From: Bacteroidota bacterium
GTDB taxonomy: Bacteria > Bacteroidota > Ignavibacteria > Ignavibacteriales > Melioribacteraceae
Direction of reading: 5' to 3'
Length of the DNA stretch: 58,379 nt
Assembly: GCA_039714835.1 (NCBI GenBank)
Contig: JBDLIN010000001.1
Coordinates: 1 to 58,379 of the forward strand
Under the pieces are notes generated by a model. The model saw only the letters and a program-made list of their open reading frames with translations. It was not told where the DNA came from and did not search any database. Every line of letters starts with the position of its first letter. The first letter of the stretch is position 1. Of this stretch, positions 9,128 through 17,059 are shown in pieces. Made by a program: the position numbers and the translations under genes.

Positions 9128-9189
9128 TTTAATTCCTTAATGTTATTCATATTCGAATTCATAAGTTATATTTCTACAACATCTTCATT

Positions 9190-10161
9190 TCATTGTACCC
9201 TTCTAAAAGTTGAAGCAGCAAGGGAAAATCTATAAAATGTCCCCAGTGGATCGGCTATTTTATCCATTATTTTTCGAACTTCTTCTGGTGTACTCGCATC
9301 AATAACAGAGCTAAGAGCAGATACCATTTTTGCTCCTTGGTCTTTTACATTTGCTGGAGCGCCATAACATCCCCTACAGGGTATGTTTGCCTGCACACAT
9401 AAAGCAGAGCATCCACCTCTTGTTGCCGGCCCAAGACAAAGTATTCCTTGATCAAGCAGACACTCATCTTCTTTTGGTATAATTTCATGGGGTCGGAAAA
9501 ATTCTTTGATCTTTTTCTCTTTTCGTTCACGAGGACACTCGTCACAACAAGTTTTATCAGTTGCTCCTAAAACTGCTCCTTTAGGCGGAAGAGGTTTACC
9601 AGTAGTTAGAATATCAATAACTGCCTCAATTACAGCTATTACCTGAAAAGACTGGGGTGGACATCCCGGGATATAATAGTTAACATCAACAGTTTGGTCT
9701 AATGTTTTTACTGTGTCATAAAATTCAGGTATTTCTATCTTTCCTTCAGGCATTTCTGTTTCAGTTTGAGGGAATACATTTTTTGATTCATCTTCAAGAC
9801 TTGGTGATTCATTATAAACATAATCGAAAGTACTTTGTTTATCATAAAAATTTGATAATCCTGGGATACAGCCTTCATGAGCACAAGAACCAAACGCGAT
9901 CAATATTTTTGATTTATCTCTTAACAGTTTAGCCATATATTCATTTTCTGATGTTCTGATCGATCCATTAAACAAAGTAATGTCAATTTCATCATCTTCC
10001 ATTGCTTCAACATCACTGTACTTAAAATCCATAACACAAGGCCAAAAAACTATGTCGAAAAAGTCTGCAACATCAAGGATTTTTTCTTCGATATCAACGA
10101 CGGTAATCTCACACCCGCCGCAGCTAGCAGCCCAATATAACGCTAACTTTGGTTTAGCCAT
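9190..10161 (-). CDS. mvhG: [NiFe] hydrogenase small subunit (MvhG-like)
   Basis: ASCGGCE proximal-cluster motif and further Cys clusters (GSCAHEGCIPG, CxxCPxxxK, CLGPATRGGCSALC, CRGC). No Tat signal peptide, consistent with a cytoplasmic group 3 enzyme. Confidence 0.85.
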   Translation of the reverse strand: MAKPKLALYWAASCGGCEITVVDIEEKILDVADFFDIVFWPCVMDFKYSDVEAMEDDEIDITLFNGSIRTSENEYMAKLLRDKSKILIAFGSCAHEGCIPGLSNFYDKQSTFDYVYNESPSLEDESKNVFPQTETEMPEGKIEIPEFYDTVKTLDQTVDVNYYIPGCPPQSFQVIAVIEAVIDILTTGKPLPPKGAVLGATDKTCCDECPRERKEKKIKEFFRPHEIIPKEDECLLDQGILCLGPATRGGCSALCVQANIPCRGCYGAPANVKDQGAKMVSALSSVIDASTPEEVRKIMDKIADPLGTFYRFSLAASTFRRVQ

Positions 10162-10175
10162 TTTATATCTCCAGA

Positions 10176-10649
10176 TTAATTATTTCTTAATTTTAGTGGT
10201 CCTAATTCCTTCAGTGTTTCTGTGAATTCAAATGATACTTGAGCGTACTTTTCAGCTTCAGAGGCAGATATCCACTCTAATCTTAATCTTTTTTCATCAA
10301 TCCCAAAATGATCTAAAACCATTTTCATCATTTTAACACGCCGCATCGTTTTAAAATTTCCTTCGATATAATGACAGTCACCAAAATGACAACCAGCCAC
10401 TAATACACCATCAGCCCCAAGCTGAAAGGCACGAACAATAAATGAAGGATCAACTCTACCAGAGCACATTGTTCTTATTATCCTCACATTTGGAGAGGAT
10501 TGAACTCTTGATACACCAGCCAAATCAGCTCCGGAGTATGAACACCAGTTACACATAAATGCCACAATTTTGGGCTCAAACTTTTCCGGCGAAGTTGATT
10601 TTCTAGTCGTACTCTGTTCTTTCTCAATTGCTTTTTTTTCTGTTTCCAT
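10176..10649 (-). CDS. mvhD: methyl-viologen-reducing hydrogenase delta subunit (MvhD/FlpD family)
   Basis: IVAFMCNWCSYSGADLAG ... CSGRV ... GCHFGDCHY signature of the MvhD [2Fe-2S] protein. Confidence 0.85.
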   Translation of the reverse strand: METEKKAIEKEQSTTRKSTSPEKFEPKIVAFMCNWCSYSGADLAGVSRVQSSPNVRIIRTMCSGRVDPSFIVRAFQLGADGVLVAGCHFGDCHYIEGNFKTMRRVKMMKMVLDHFGIDEKRLRLEWISASEAEKYAQVSFEFTETLKELGPLKLRNN

Positions 10650-10686
10650 TTCTATTCTTCAATTGGTTATTAATTATTTAGCTAAT

Positions 10687-13600
10687 CTACACTTCTAATA
10701 TCCCTTCTAATTCCGCATAGATCTGTGCATCTGAGAATCCCATTCCCGTAATGGCGCCTGCCGGACAAGCTGCTACACACGTTCCGCAGCCTTTACAAAG
10801 AGCTTCGTTAACAACTGATAACTTTTCCTCATCCAGAAAATCAATGGCTCCATAAGGACATAAGTTATTACATATTCTACATCCGGCACAATAATTTTCA
10901 TCTATGAACGCTCTTATCGGATCAATATCGACCTCACCTTTAGAAATAATTGATAATGCTCTAGCAGCTGCTCCACTTGCCTGTGATACAGTATCTGGAA
11001 TATCTTTTGGTCCTTGAGCACAACCAGCAAGATATATTCCATCACTAACTGTTGAAAATGGATCCAGTTTTGGATGTTTCTCTAATAAGAATCCATCCGG
11101 ACTCTTAGAGAGACTAAGTATTTTTGCAAGCTTATCAGTTGCTTTATTTGGTTGTAGAGCATTACAGAGAATAACCATATCAACTGGTATCTCGCGAAAT
11201 TTACCGATGAGTGTATCTTCACATTTTACTGCTAAAAATTTATCTCCTTCTCCAGCTTTACGTTCCACTACTTCTGCTACTTTACCTCGAATAACATTTA
11301 CACCTTCATCCAAAATTCTAGAATAAAATTCTTCATAACCTTTACCATAAGCTCTAATGTCAATGTAAAATTGATATACTTCTGCCTTGGTTCTATCTTT
11401 AACAAGGTGTGCAAATTTCATTGAATACATACAACATACTCTTGAACAGTATTTATGGAAGTTAGAATCACGTGATCCAACACAATGGATTATTCCAACT
11501 GCACGAGGTTCTTGACCATTTTCTAATAATACTCTACCTCCTGTTGGACCAGTTGAGCTTAAAATTCTTTCAAACTCGAGAGAATTATATACATTCTTTA
11601 ATCTACCATAACCAAACGGAACTAGTTTTGAAGCATCAAACAGATCATATCCGGTAGCAACAATTATTTGTCCAACATCAACTTCAGTAACTTTATCTTG
11701 CATATTATAATCTATTGCGTTAGGCTCACATACTCTTTCACATTCATGGCACTCAACACAAACACCGCAGTTCAAACATCTTGAGGCTTCGTTTACTGCC
11801 TGCTCTTCAGTAAAACCTATTTCCACCTCTTCGAAATTTATTACTCTTCCCTTTGCATCTATTTTAGGAACTTCTTCTCTCTCTTTCTTTGGTGTTTCTT
11901 TGTATGTAGGTGCATAAGTATGTGGTCTGAAACTCTCTCCTCTTAGCACATCAGATTTCACAATATGAGTTGAATAATTTTCAAGCGGTTGATTATTAAT
12001 ATATTTATCGATTGATTCTGCAGCTCTTCTACCTTGTCCCATTGAAGCAATAATAGTAGAAGGCCCTAATACCAAATCACCACCAGCAAATATTCTTTCG
12101 TCATTTGTTTGAAGTGTTTCAGGATTTGCTTGAATAGTATTCCACTTTGTTGTTTTTAGATTAACTCCAGAATCTCCATTTAATCCTACAAGATTAGGGG
12201 CTTGACTAACAGCAACAATAACTGTACTGAATTCCAGATCATGCTCTGAACTCGTAACTGGTACTGGCCTTCTTCTACCGGATGAATCAGGTTCCCCAAG
12301 TTTCATCCTTATACATTTTAATCCTTTTACTTTACTGTTATCATCAACCAATACCTCAGTTGGAGCTGTTAAGAATGAAATGTTCACTCCTTCAGCTTCC
12401 GCATCGGCGATCTCCTCTGGTGAAGCTGGCATTTCATTTTTAGTCCTACGATATAGAATTGTTACCTTTTTGCTCCCCATTCTTAATGCAGTTCTTGCTG
12501 CATCAATTGCAGTATTACCACCACCGATAACTGCTACACTCTTTCCTAATTCTTGCTGAATTCCAATATTAACCTTTCTAAGGAAATCTACTCCTCCGAT
12601 TATGCCTTTAGCACTTTCCCCTGGAATCCCAATCTTCAGACTATCTTGTGCTCCTACTGCTAAAAATATTGCTATGAATCCTGATTGGAATAGCCCATTA
12701 ATAGTTATATCATAACCTAATTTCATATTAGTTCTTATATCGATACCCATTGCTTTAAAGTAGTTTATCTCCATTGCTAATAATTTCTTGGGTAATCGAT
12801 ATTCAGGAATTCCGATTGCTAACATACCCCCCGGAATTGAATGCTGTTCATAAACTGTAACTTTGTATCCTTTCATAGCTAAATCATGTGCACAGGTTAA
12901 ACCTGATGGACCAGATCCAATCACAGCAACTTTTTCATAACGTTTAGTCTCAATTTTCGGTACTTCAAACTTTCCATTATGTTCAATTTCCCAATCTAAG
13001 GCAAAACGTTTTAACTGCTGGATAGCTAAAGGTTTATCCACATGTCCACGATTACATTCACTCTCGCAAGGATGATAACAGACTCGACCGCAAACTACAG
13101 CAAGTGGATTTCGCTGATGAATTAGTTGAGCTGCTTCATGGAATCGCCCTTCTCTGATAAGAGCAACATAACCAGCTGCTTCCTGTCTAATAGGACAAGC
13201 TTCAATACAAGGTGGTTTTTCTTGTCTATCAATAACATATGTGTTCGGAACTGCTTGAGGAAATGCTTTGTGAATAGAATGCCTATCCTGAGTGAATTCA
13301 TCAAACCAATTAGGTACATTTACAGGACATACATCTGAGCACTCACCACAGGAAGTACATTTATCCGTTACAAATCTTGCTCTTGTTCTAATTTTAGCTT
13401 TAAAATTTCCAATATATCCGCTTACATCTTCTACTTCTGACATCGTCATCATTTTTATATTTTTCTTATGACTAACAGAAACCATTTTCGGTGTTAGAAT
13501 ACAAGCAGAACAATCTAGTGTTGGAAATGTTTTATCGAATTTTGCCATTTGTCCACCAATGGTGGATTCTTTCTCCACCAGATAGACATTGTTGCCAGAT

Positions 13601-14097
13601 TCAGCAATTTCTAAAGCAGCTTGAATTCCAGCTATTCCACTTCCTACAATTAAAGTGTCCGGGTGAATTTTAGCTTTCATCGTACTTAATTCTTCCTGAT
13701 GTTCTACTCTGTGAACAGCAGCATTTACAAGTGCATGTGCCTTTAATGTAGCTTTATCAATATCCTCATGCACCCAAGCACAATGTTCACGAATATTAGA
13801 CATTTGAAATAAGTATCTATTTAAACCAGCACGCTCACATGCATCTCTAAATGTAAGTTCATGCATATGTGGAGAACATGCTGCAACTACAATTCGATTC
13901 AATCCTTGAGCCTTTATATCATCTTGAATCATTTTTTGACCAGGATCAGAACACATAAACTTATAACTTTTTGATACTACGACATTGGGATTTGATTTTA
14001 ATGCTTCAGCAACTTCATCAACACGAACTGTCTGTGAAATATTTACACCACAATGACATACATACACGCCAATTTTTCGGTCATTATTCATTTGCAT
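10687..14097 (-). CDS. hdrA: HdrA-like flavoprotein with a nested GltD/NfnB-like NAD(P)H oxidoreductase module (HdrL-type, 1136 aa)
   Basis: HdrA N-terminal domain (VYVCHCG), FAD motif IVGSGIAGIQAAL, HdrA-specific HCVGSRD...YCSRVCC, C-terminal 2x[4Fe-4S]. Residues ~295-705 (nt ~11983..13215) look like the glutamate synthase small subunit: CIEACP...GRVCYHPCESEC, VAVIGSGPSGLTCA, VAVIGGGNTAIDAA, IFAGGD. Confidence 0.85.
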   Translation of the reverse strand: MQMNNDRKIGVYVCHCGVNISQTVRVDEVAEALKSNPNVVVSKSYKFMCSDPGQKMIQDDIKAQGLNRIVVAACSPHMHELTFRDACERAGLNRYLFQMSNIREHCAWVHEDIDKATLKAHALVNAAVHRVEHQEELSTMKAKIHPDTLIVGSGIAGIQAALEIAESGNNVYLVEKESTIGGQMAKFDKTFPTLDCSACILTPKMVSVSHKKNIKMMTMSEVEDVSGYIGNFKAKIRTRARFVTDKCTSCGECSDVCPVNVPNWFDEFTQDRHSIHKAFPQAVPNTYVIDRQEKPPCIEACPIRQEAAGYVALIREGRFHEAAQLIHQRNPLAVVCGRVCYHPCESECNRGHVDKPLAIQQLKRFALDWEIEHNGKFEVPKIETKRYEKVAVIGSGPSGLTCAHDLAMKGYKVTVYEQHSIPGGMLAIGIPEYRLPKKLLAMEINYFKAMGIDIRTNMKLGYDITINGLFQSGFIAIFLAVGAQDSLKIGIPGESAKGIIGGVDFLRKVNIGIQQELGKSVAVIGGGNTAIDAARTALRMGSKKVTILYRRTKNEMPASPEEIADAEAEGVNISFLTAPTEVLVDDNSKVKGLKCIRMKLGEPDSSGRRRPVPVTSSEHDLEFSTVIVAVSQAPNLVGLNGDSGVNLKTTKWNTIQANPETLQTNDERIFAGGDLVLGPSTIIASMGQGRRAAESIDKYINNQPLENYSTHIVKSDVLRGESFRPHTYAPTYKETPKKEREEVPKIDAKGRVINFEEVEIGFTEEQAVNEASRCLNCGVCVECHECERVCEPNAIDYNMQDKVTEVDVGQIIVATGYDLFDASKLVPFGYGRLKNVYNSLEFERILSSTGPTGGRVLLENGQEPRAVGIIHCVGSRDSNFHKYCSRVCCMYSMKFAHLVKDRTKAEVYQFYIDIRAYGKGYEEFYSRILDEGVNVIRGKVAEVVERKAGEGDKFLAVKCEDTLIGKFREIPVDMVILCNALQPNKATDKLAKILSLSKSPDGFLLEKHPKLDPFSTVSDGIYLAGCAQGPKDIPDTVSQASGAAARALSIISKGEVDIDPIRAFIDENYCAGCRICNNLCPYGAIDFLDEEKLSVVNEALCKGCGTCVAACPAGAITGMGFSDAQIYAELEGILEV

Positions 14098-14133
14098 TCT
14101 CCTGCTGAATGAATATTTATAATCTTAATGAAT

Positions 14134-14203
14134 CTCCCCACTGAAAACCGCGGGGAGTTCATCCCTTGTCCGCCCTGTCTGCCGTCAGGCAAGGCGCAGC
14201 GGA
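14134..14203. repeat. GC-rich structured intergenic element between hdrB and hdrA
   Basis: CTCCCC-actgaaaaccgc-GGGGAG hairpin, then cccttgtccgccctgtctgccgtcaggcaaggcgcagcggattaaaa. Its flanks align with 39466..39503, and its core motif (rc ggcggacaagg) aligns with 44066..44076. Confidence 0.55.
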
Positions 14204-15100
14204 TTAAAATGTAATTTGTTTAGCTCTGTGAGATTGATTCATTAATTTCTCAACCTTGTCACATTTATAAAAATTCAGATCTATCCCAAGTTCTTTTTCA
14301 CTTAATCCTAATGCGACACCAAGAATTTGTGTGAAGAAGAATATTGGCATTTGATAATTAGTTCCAAAAGTTTTATTTATCTTTTGCTGATATGATTCTA
14401 AATTCATTTGGCAAAGTGGACATGTGGTTACAATACAATCAGCACCATTTTCTACAGCTCTCATAAGAAGCCATTCAGATAATTTCAGGGCTGTTTCTTC
14501 ATAAGTCGTCATCAGCATTCCACCACAGCATCTTAACTTACAAGCGTAATAAACATTTTCAGCACCTAATGATTCAAAGAGATTTTCCATAGAGGTTGGA
14601 TTTTCTCTATCATCAAATCTTTTTTCTGGCCTAACAATTTGGCATCCATAGTAGTTGGCAATTTTTAATCCTTCTAATTCACACATCGCATAGAGTCTAA
14701 TAATCTCAACACCAATATCATTTACTAAAACATCTAAAGGATGGCGGATTCTAACACTTCCATTATAGCTTAAACCATCTTCTGCGAGGCAGCCATTCAC
14801 TTTTTCCATTAGCTCTTTATTCTCTATCATATACTTATTTGCTTTGCTCAGAATTGTGTAACACGAACTACATGGAGCAATTATATCACTATGCATTTTT
14901 TCAGCTAATGCTAAATTCCGTGAGGCAATAGCAAGTGAAGTTATTTCTTTAATCGACATATAAATAGTTGCACCACAACAGTTCCAATCTTCAAGCTCTT
15001 TCATCTCTGATCCTAATGCTTTAAAGACCGCTCTGCATGAAATATCATAACCCTTATGAGTAGTTTGCAAACTACAACCTGGATAGTATAAATGATTCAT
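14204..15100 (-). CDS. hdrB: heterodisulfide reductase subunit B-like (two CCG domains)
   Basis: Two Cys-rich CCG motifs (DWNCCGA; KLRCCGG) with the accompanying CxxC/CPxC cysteines. 298 aa. Confidence 0.85.
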   Translation of the reverse strand: MNHLYYPGCSLQTTHKGYDISCRAVFKALGSEMKELEDWNCCGATIYMSIKEITSLAIASRNLALAEKMHSDIIAPCSSCYTILSKANKYMIENKELMEKVNGCLAEDGLSYNGSVRIRHPLDVLVNDIGVEIIRLYAMCELEGLKIANYYGCQIVRPEKRFDDRENPTSMENLFESLGAENVYYACKLRCCGGMLMTTYEETALKLSEWLLMRAVENGADCIVTTCPLCQMNLESYQQKINKTFGTNYQMPIFFFTQILGVALGLSEKELGIDLNFYKCDKVEKLMNQSHRAKQITF

Positions 15101-15134
15101 TTTATGTACCTATAAAAATTGATTTTTCTCTTTA

Positions 15135-15791
15135 TTATCCTACAGCCCTATAACCTACTGCTCCATCGATGTACGGTTTTTTGTCATAAACTTTTGGTAA
15201 ATCTAACTTTTGAGCCTTTTTCATAATTTTTCTCAAACCTGAAACATTCTTAATTTTTGTCGGCTTCAACTCAATTCTTCCTCTTTTTGCTAACTTATAA
15301 GTAAGTGGTAATAATTTGAAGCCCTTCCAAAATCCTGTTCTTAGTATATGATCAAACATTAATCTTGGTTCATAAAGTCTTCCGTATCTATAAAGATTCT
15401 TAATAAATGCATCTCTGACTGAGTGAACAGGGAATTTTTTTGTATAAATTCTTCTATCCATCGCTGTTCTTTTAATCGCATAGATAATATCTGTTATTTT
15501 AATAGCTGCTGGACATCTCGATTGACAAGCATAACATGAAGCACAGATCCAAATGGTTCTGCTCCTTAAAATGGTTTCCATATCACCTGCCCGAAAAAGA
15601 GCAATTAGTTCACGCGGTGTAATATCCATTGCATATGAAAGTGGACATGATCCTGTGCATGTACCACACTGAATACAAGTTTTAATTTTTTCTCCTTCAG
15701 GAATAATATTCACATGATCTAAGAATGCAAGTCTTAGTTCAGTTTCTTTAAGACTAAGTTTACCTGGAATTTTGATATCCTTAATTTCCAT
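15135..15791 (-). CDS. hdrC: heterodisulfide reductase subunit C-like (2x[4Fe-4S] ferredoxin domain)
   Basis: CIQCGTCTGSCP and CASCYACQSRCP cluster motifs. Located next to hdrB. Confidence 0.8.
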   Translation of the reverse strand: MEIKDIKIPGKLSLKETELRLAFLDHVNIIPEGEKIKTCIQCGTCTGSCPLSYAMDITPRELIALFRAGDMETILRSRTIWICASCYACQSRCPAAIKITDIIYAIKRTAMDRRIYTKKFPVHSVRDAFIKNLYRYGRLYEPRLMFDHILRTGFWKGFKLLPLTYKLAKRGRIELKPTKIKNVSGLRKIMKKAQKLDLPKVYDKKPYIDGAVGYRAVG

Positions 15792-15829
15792 TTTATTACC
15801 TATTAATATTTTTTTTCAATGTTACTCCC

Positions 15830-16351
15830 TCAGTTTTCACGCCTTTTAATCCTATCAGCTCTAAGTCTATGTTCAGCATCCCAAACTTCAGAACTCTTAA
15901 AATATGCCGGATATTTCTCAATCATTTCTAATTCAGCTGTTAACATCATCTGGTGTGAAAATTTCATATCAGCTATAAATCTAAAACACCTTTTGCCTGA
16001 TAGATCTGTAATTGCTTCCGCAAGGTCCAGATAATACTCTCGTGATTCTTTATGCCCTTGAATTACATGCTGTAGAATTCCCTTAATGGAAAGATTTCTA
16101 TCCAATAATATTTTCTTATCATGGTCTCGTGGTGGCACGATCAATTCTACATTTGGAAACATTTCTTTATATTTTTTTTCAAGCAGCTTTTGCTGTTTTT
16201 TTTCTTCATGATAAAGATTCATGATTCGATTCTTTAAAATTTCATTTTCAGCTTTATCTGCTAGATTTTGATATATTTCCTGATCATCTATTAGCCCACG
16301 AATTGCAATTCCAAGAACTTCTAATGAAGTTATTTCTTCTGTTCTTTCCAT
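15830..16351 (-). CDS. hypothetical helical protein, possibly a ferritin/rubrerythrin-like four-helix bundle with degenerate metal ligands
   Basis: 173 aa. Helix pattern AIRGLIDDQEIY / LYHEEKKQQ / GHKESREYY / IADMKFSHQ resembles rubrerythrin-type E..H pairs, but several ligand positions are substituted. This is a weak call. Confidence 0.3.
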   Translation of the reverse strand: MERTEEITSLEVLGIAIRGLIDDQEIYQNLADKAENEILKNRIMNLYHEEKKQQKLLEKKYKEMFPNVELIVPPRDHDKKILLDRNLSIKGILQHVIQGHKESREYYLDLAEAITDLSGKRCFRFIADMKFSHQMMLTAELEMIEKYPAYFKSSEVWDAEHRLRADRIKRREN

Positions 16352-16373
16352 CGATTTCCCTTAAATATTTATT

Positions 16374-16859
16374 TTAATTTTCTACTTCCTCTACTTGCAG
16401 TGATTCAATCTCTTCAACTACCATGTTGATGCAACTTTCAACACTTCTTTTTATGATGGGTGATATTTCTTCAGAAAAATGATCAGTTTCATCTACTTCA
16501 ATACCAAAAACCATTATTTTTTCCGGCATTGTGATATCCATAATTTTCGCGAACTCTATGGCAGTAGCAAAGTTGATATCATGAAACGAAACCATTCTAA
16601 CAGAGTGTATTAAGTCCTGATAGTCTAGCTTATGTACGAATCCTAAATGTTTACGTTTTGTTTGAAGTGCATCAATAACTATTGCAGTGTTATAGCCGTC
16701 AAGAAGGTCAATTATTCTAAAACCACCCCAGCTTGTTTCCTCTATGTCAATATTTTCATAATTGTTGTAGATTTCCCTTAATCTTTCAGCGACAACAATC
16801 CCAACACCATCATCCCCAAAAAGCTTGTTGCCCATACCCAGTATTAGCAACTTTTTCAA
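16374..16859 (-). CDS. hydrogenase maturation endopeptidase (HycI/FrhD/HoxW family)
   Basis: LILGMGNKLFGDDGVGI N-terminal signature, 161 aa. The start is TTG, with AGAGAGGA upstream. Confidence 0.85.
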   Translation of the reverse strand: MKKLLILGMGNKLFGDDGVGIVVAERLREIYNNYENIDIEETSWGGFRIIDLLDGYNTAIVIDALQTKRKHLGFVHKLDYQDLIHSVRMVSFHDINFATAIEFAKIMDITMPEKIMVFGIEVDETDHFSEEISPIIKRSVESCINMVVEEIESLQVEEVEN

Positions 16860-16890
16860 AGTTGGATTCCTCTCTTATCACAATATAATA

Positions 16891-16906
16891 TGCAAATTGA
16901 ATGCCG
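16891..16906 (-). promoter_or_regulatory. candidate sigma-54 (-24/-12) promoter of the hydrogenase/hdr/hyp cluster
   Basis: The minus strand reads CGGCAT-TCAAT-TTGCA, versus the consensus TGGCAC-N5-TTGCW. GG and GC are at the canonical spacing, ~32 nt upstream of the TTG start at 16859. Confidence 0.5.
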
Positions 16907-16949
16907 ATATGAAATGTTGAATTCAGAGAAATTTCAAAACTAATTTCAT

Positions 16950-16989
16950 TGAAGGTTGCGGAAGTTCGTAGGTTAGTTGCGGATATCCG
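16950..16989. promoter_or_regulatory. candidate upstream activator sites: GTTGCGGA direct repeat (21-bp period) plus a CGGATATCCG palindrome
   Basis: GTTGCGGA at 16955..16962 and 16976..16983. Perfect 10-bp palindrome at 16980..16989. TGAAGGTTG at 16950..16958 matches the half-site of the palindrome at 38277..38291. All lie 45-85 nt upstream of the -24 element. Confidence 0.4.
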
Positions 16990-17059
16990 TGGATGGTTAA
17001 AAGTATTAAGCGATATTAATTTCTTCGGAAAAATTCATAAAAATCTATAGTCAATCATT

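Noticed and set aside
14128-14214. A 28-codon plus-strand ORF (MNLPTENRGEFIPCPPCLPSGKAQRIKM) across the GC-rich hdrB-hdrA element, and a 31-codon ORF at 39406..39501 sharing N.GE...CPP.
   Set aside because: The peptide similarity follows trivially from the nucleotide repeat. There is no RBS, one copy is antisense inside an operon, and an internal indel separates the copies. It is more parsimoniously a non-coding structured repeat.
15819-16034. Plus-strand 71-aa ORF overlapping the hdrC start region and the helical-protein gene.
   Set aside because: It is antisense to a coding region, Ser/Leu-rich and has no start context.
7646-16859. Possibility that the Mvh/Hdr block is archaeal contamination or a recent archaeal transfer.
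   Set aside because: Base composition, codon style and the intergenic repeat families match the rest of the window. The neighbouring genes are typically bacterial, and I saw no mobility genes or composition break at the borders.
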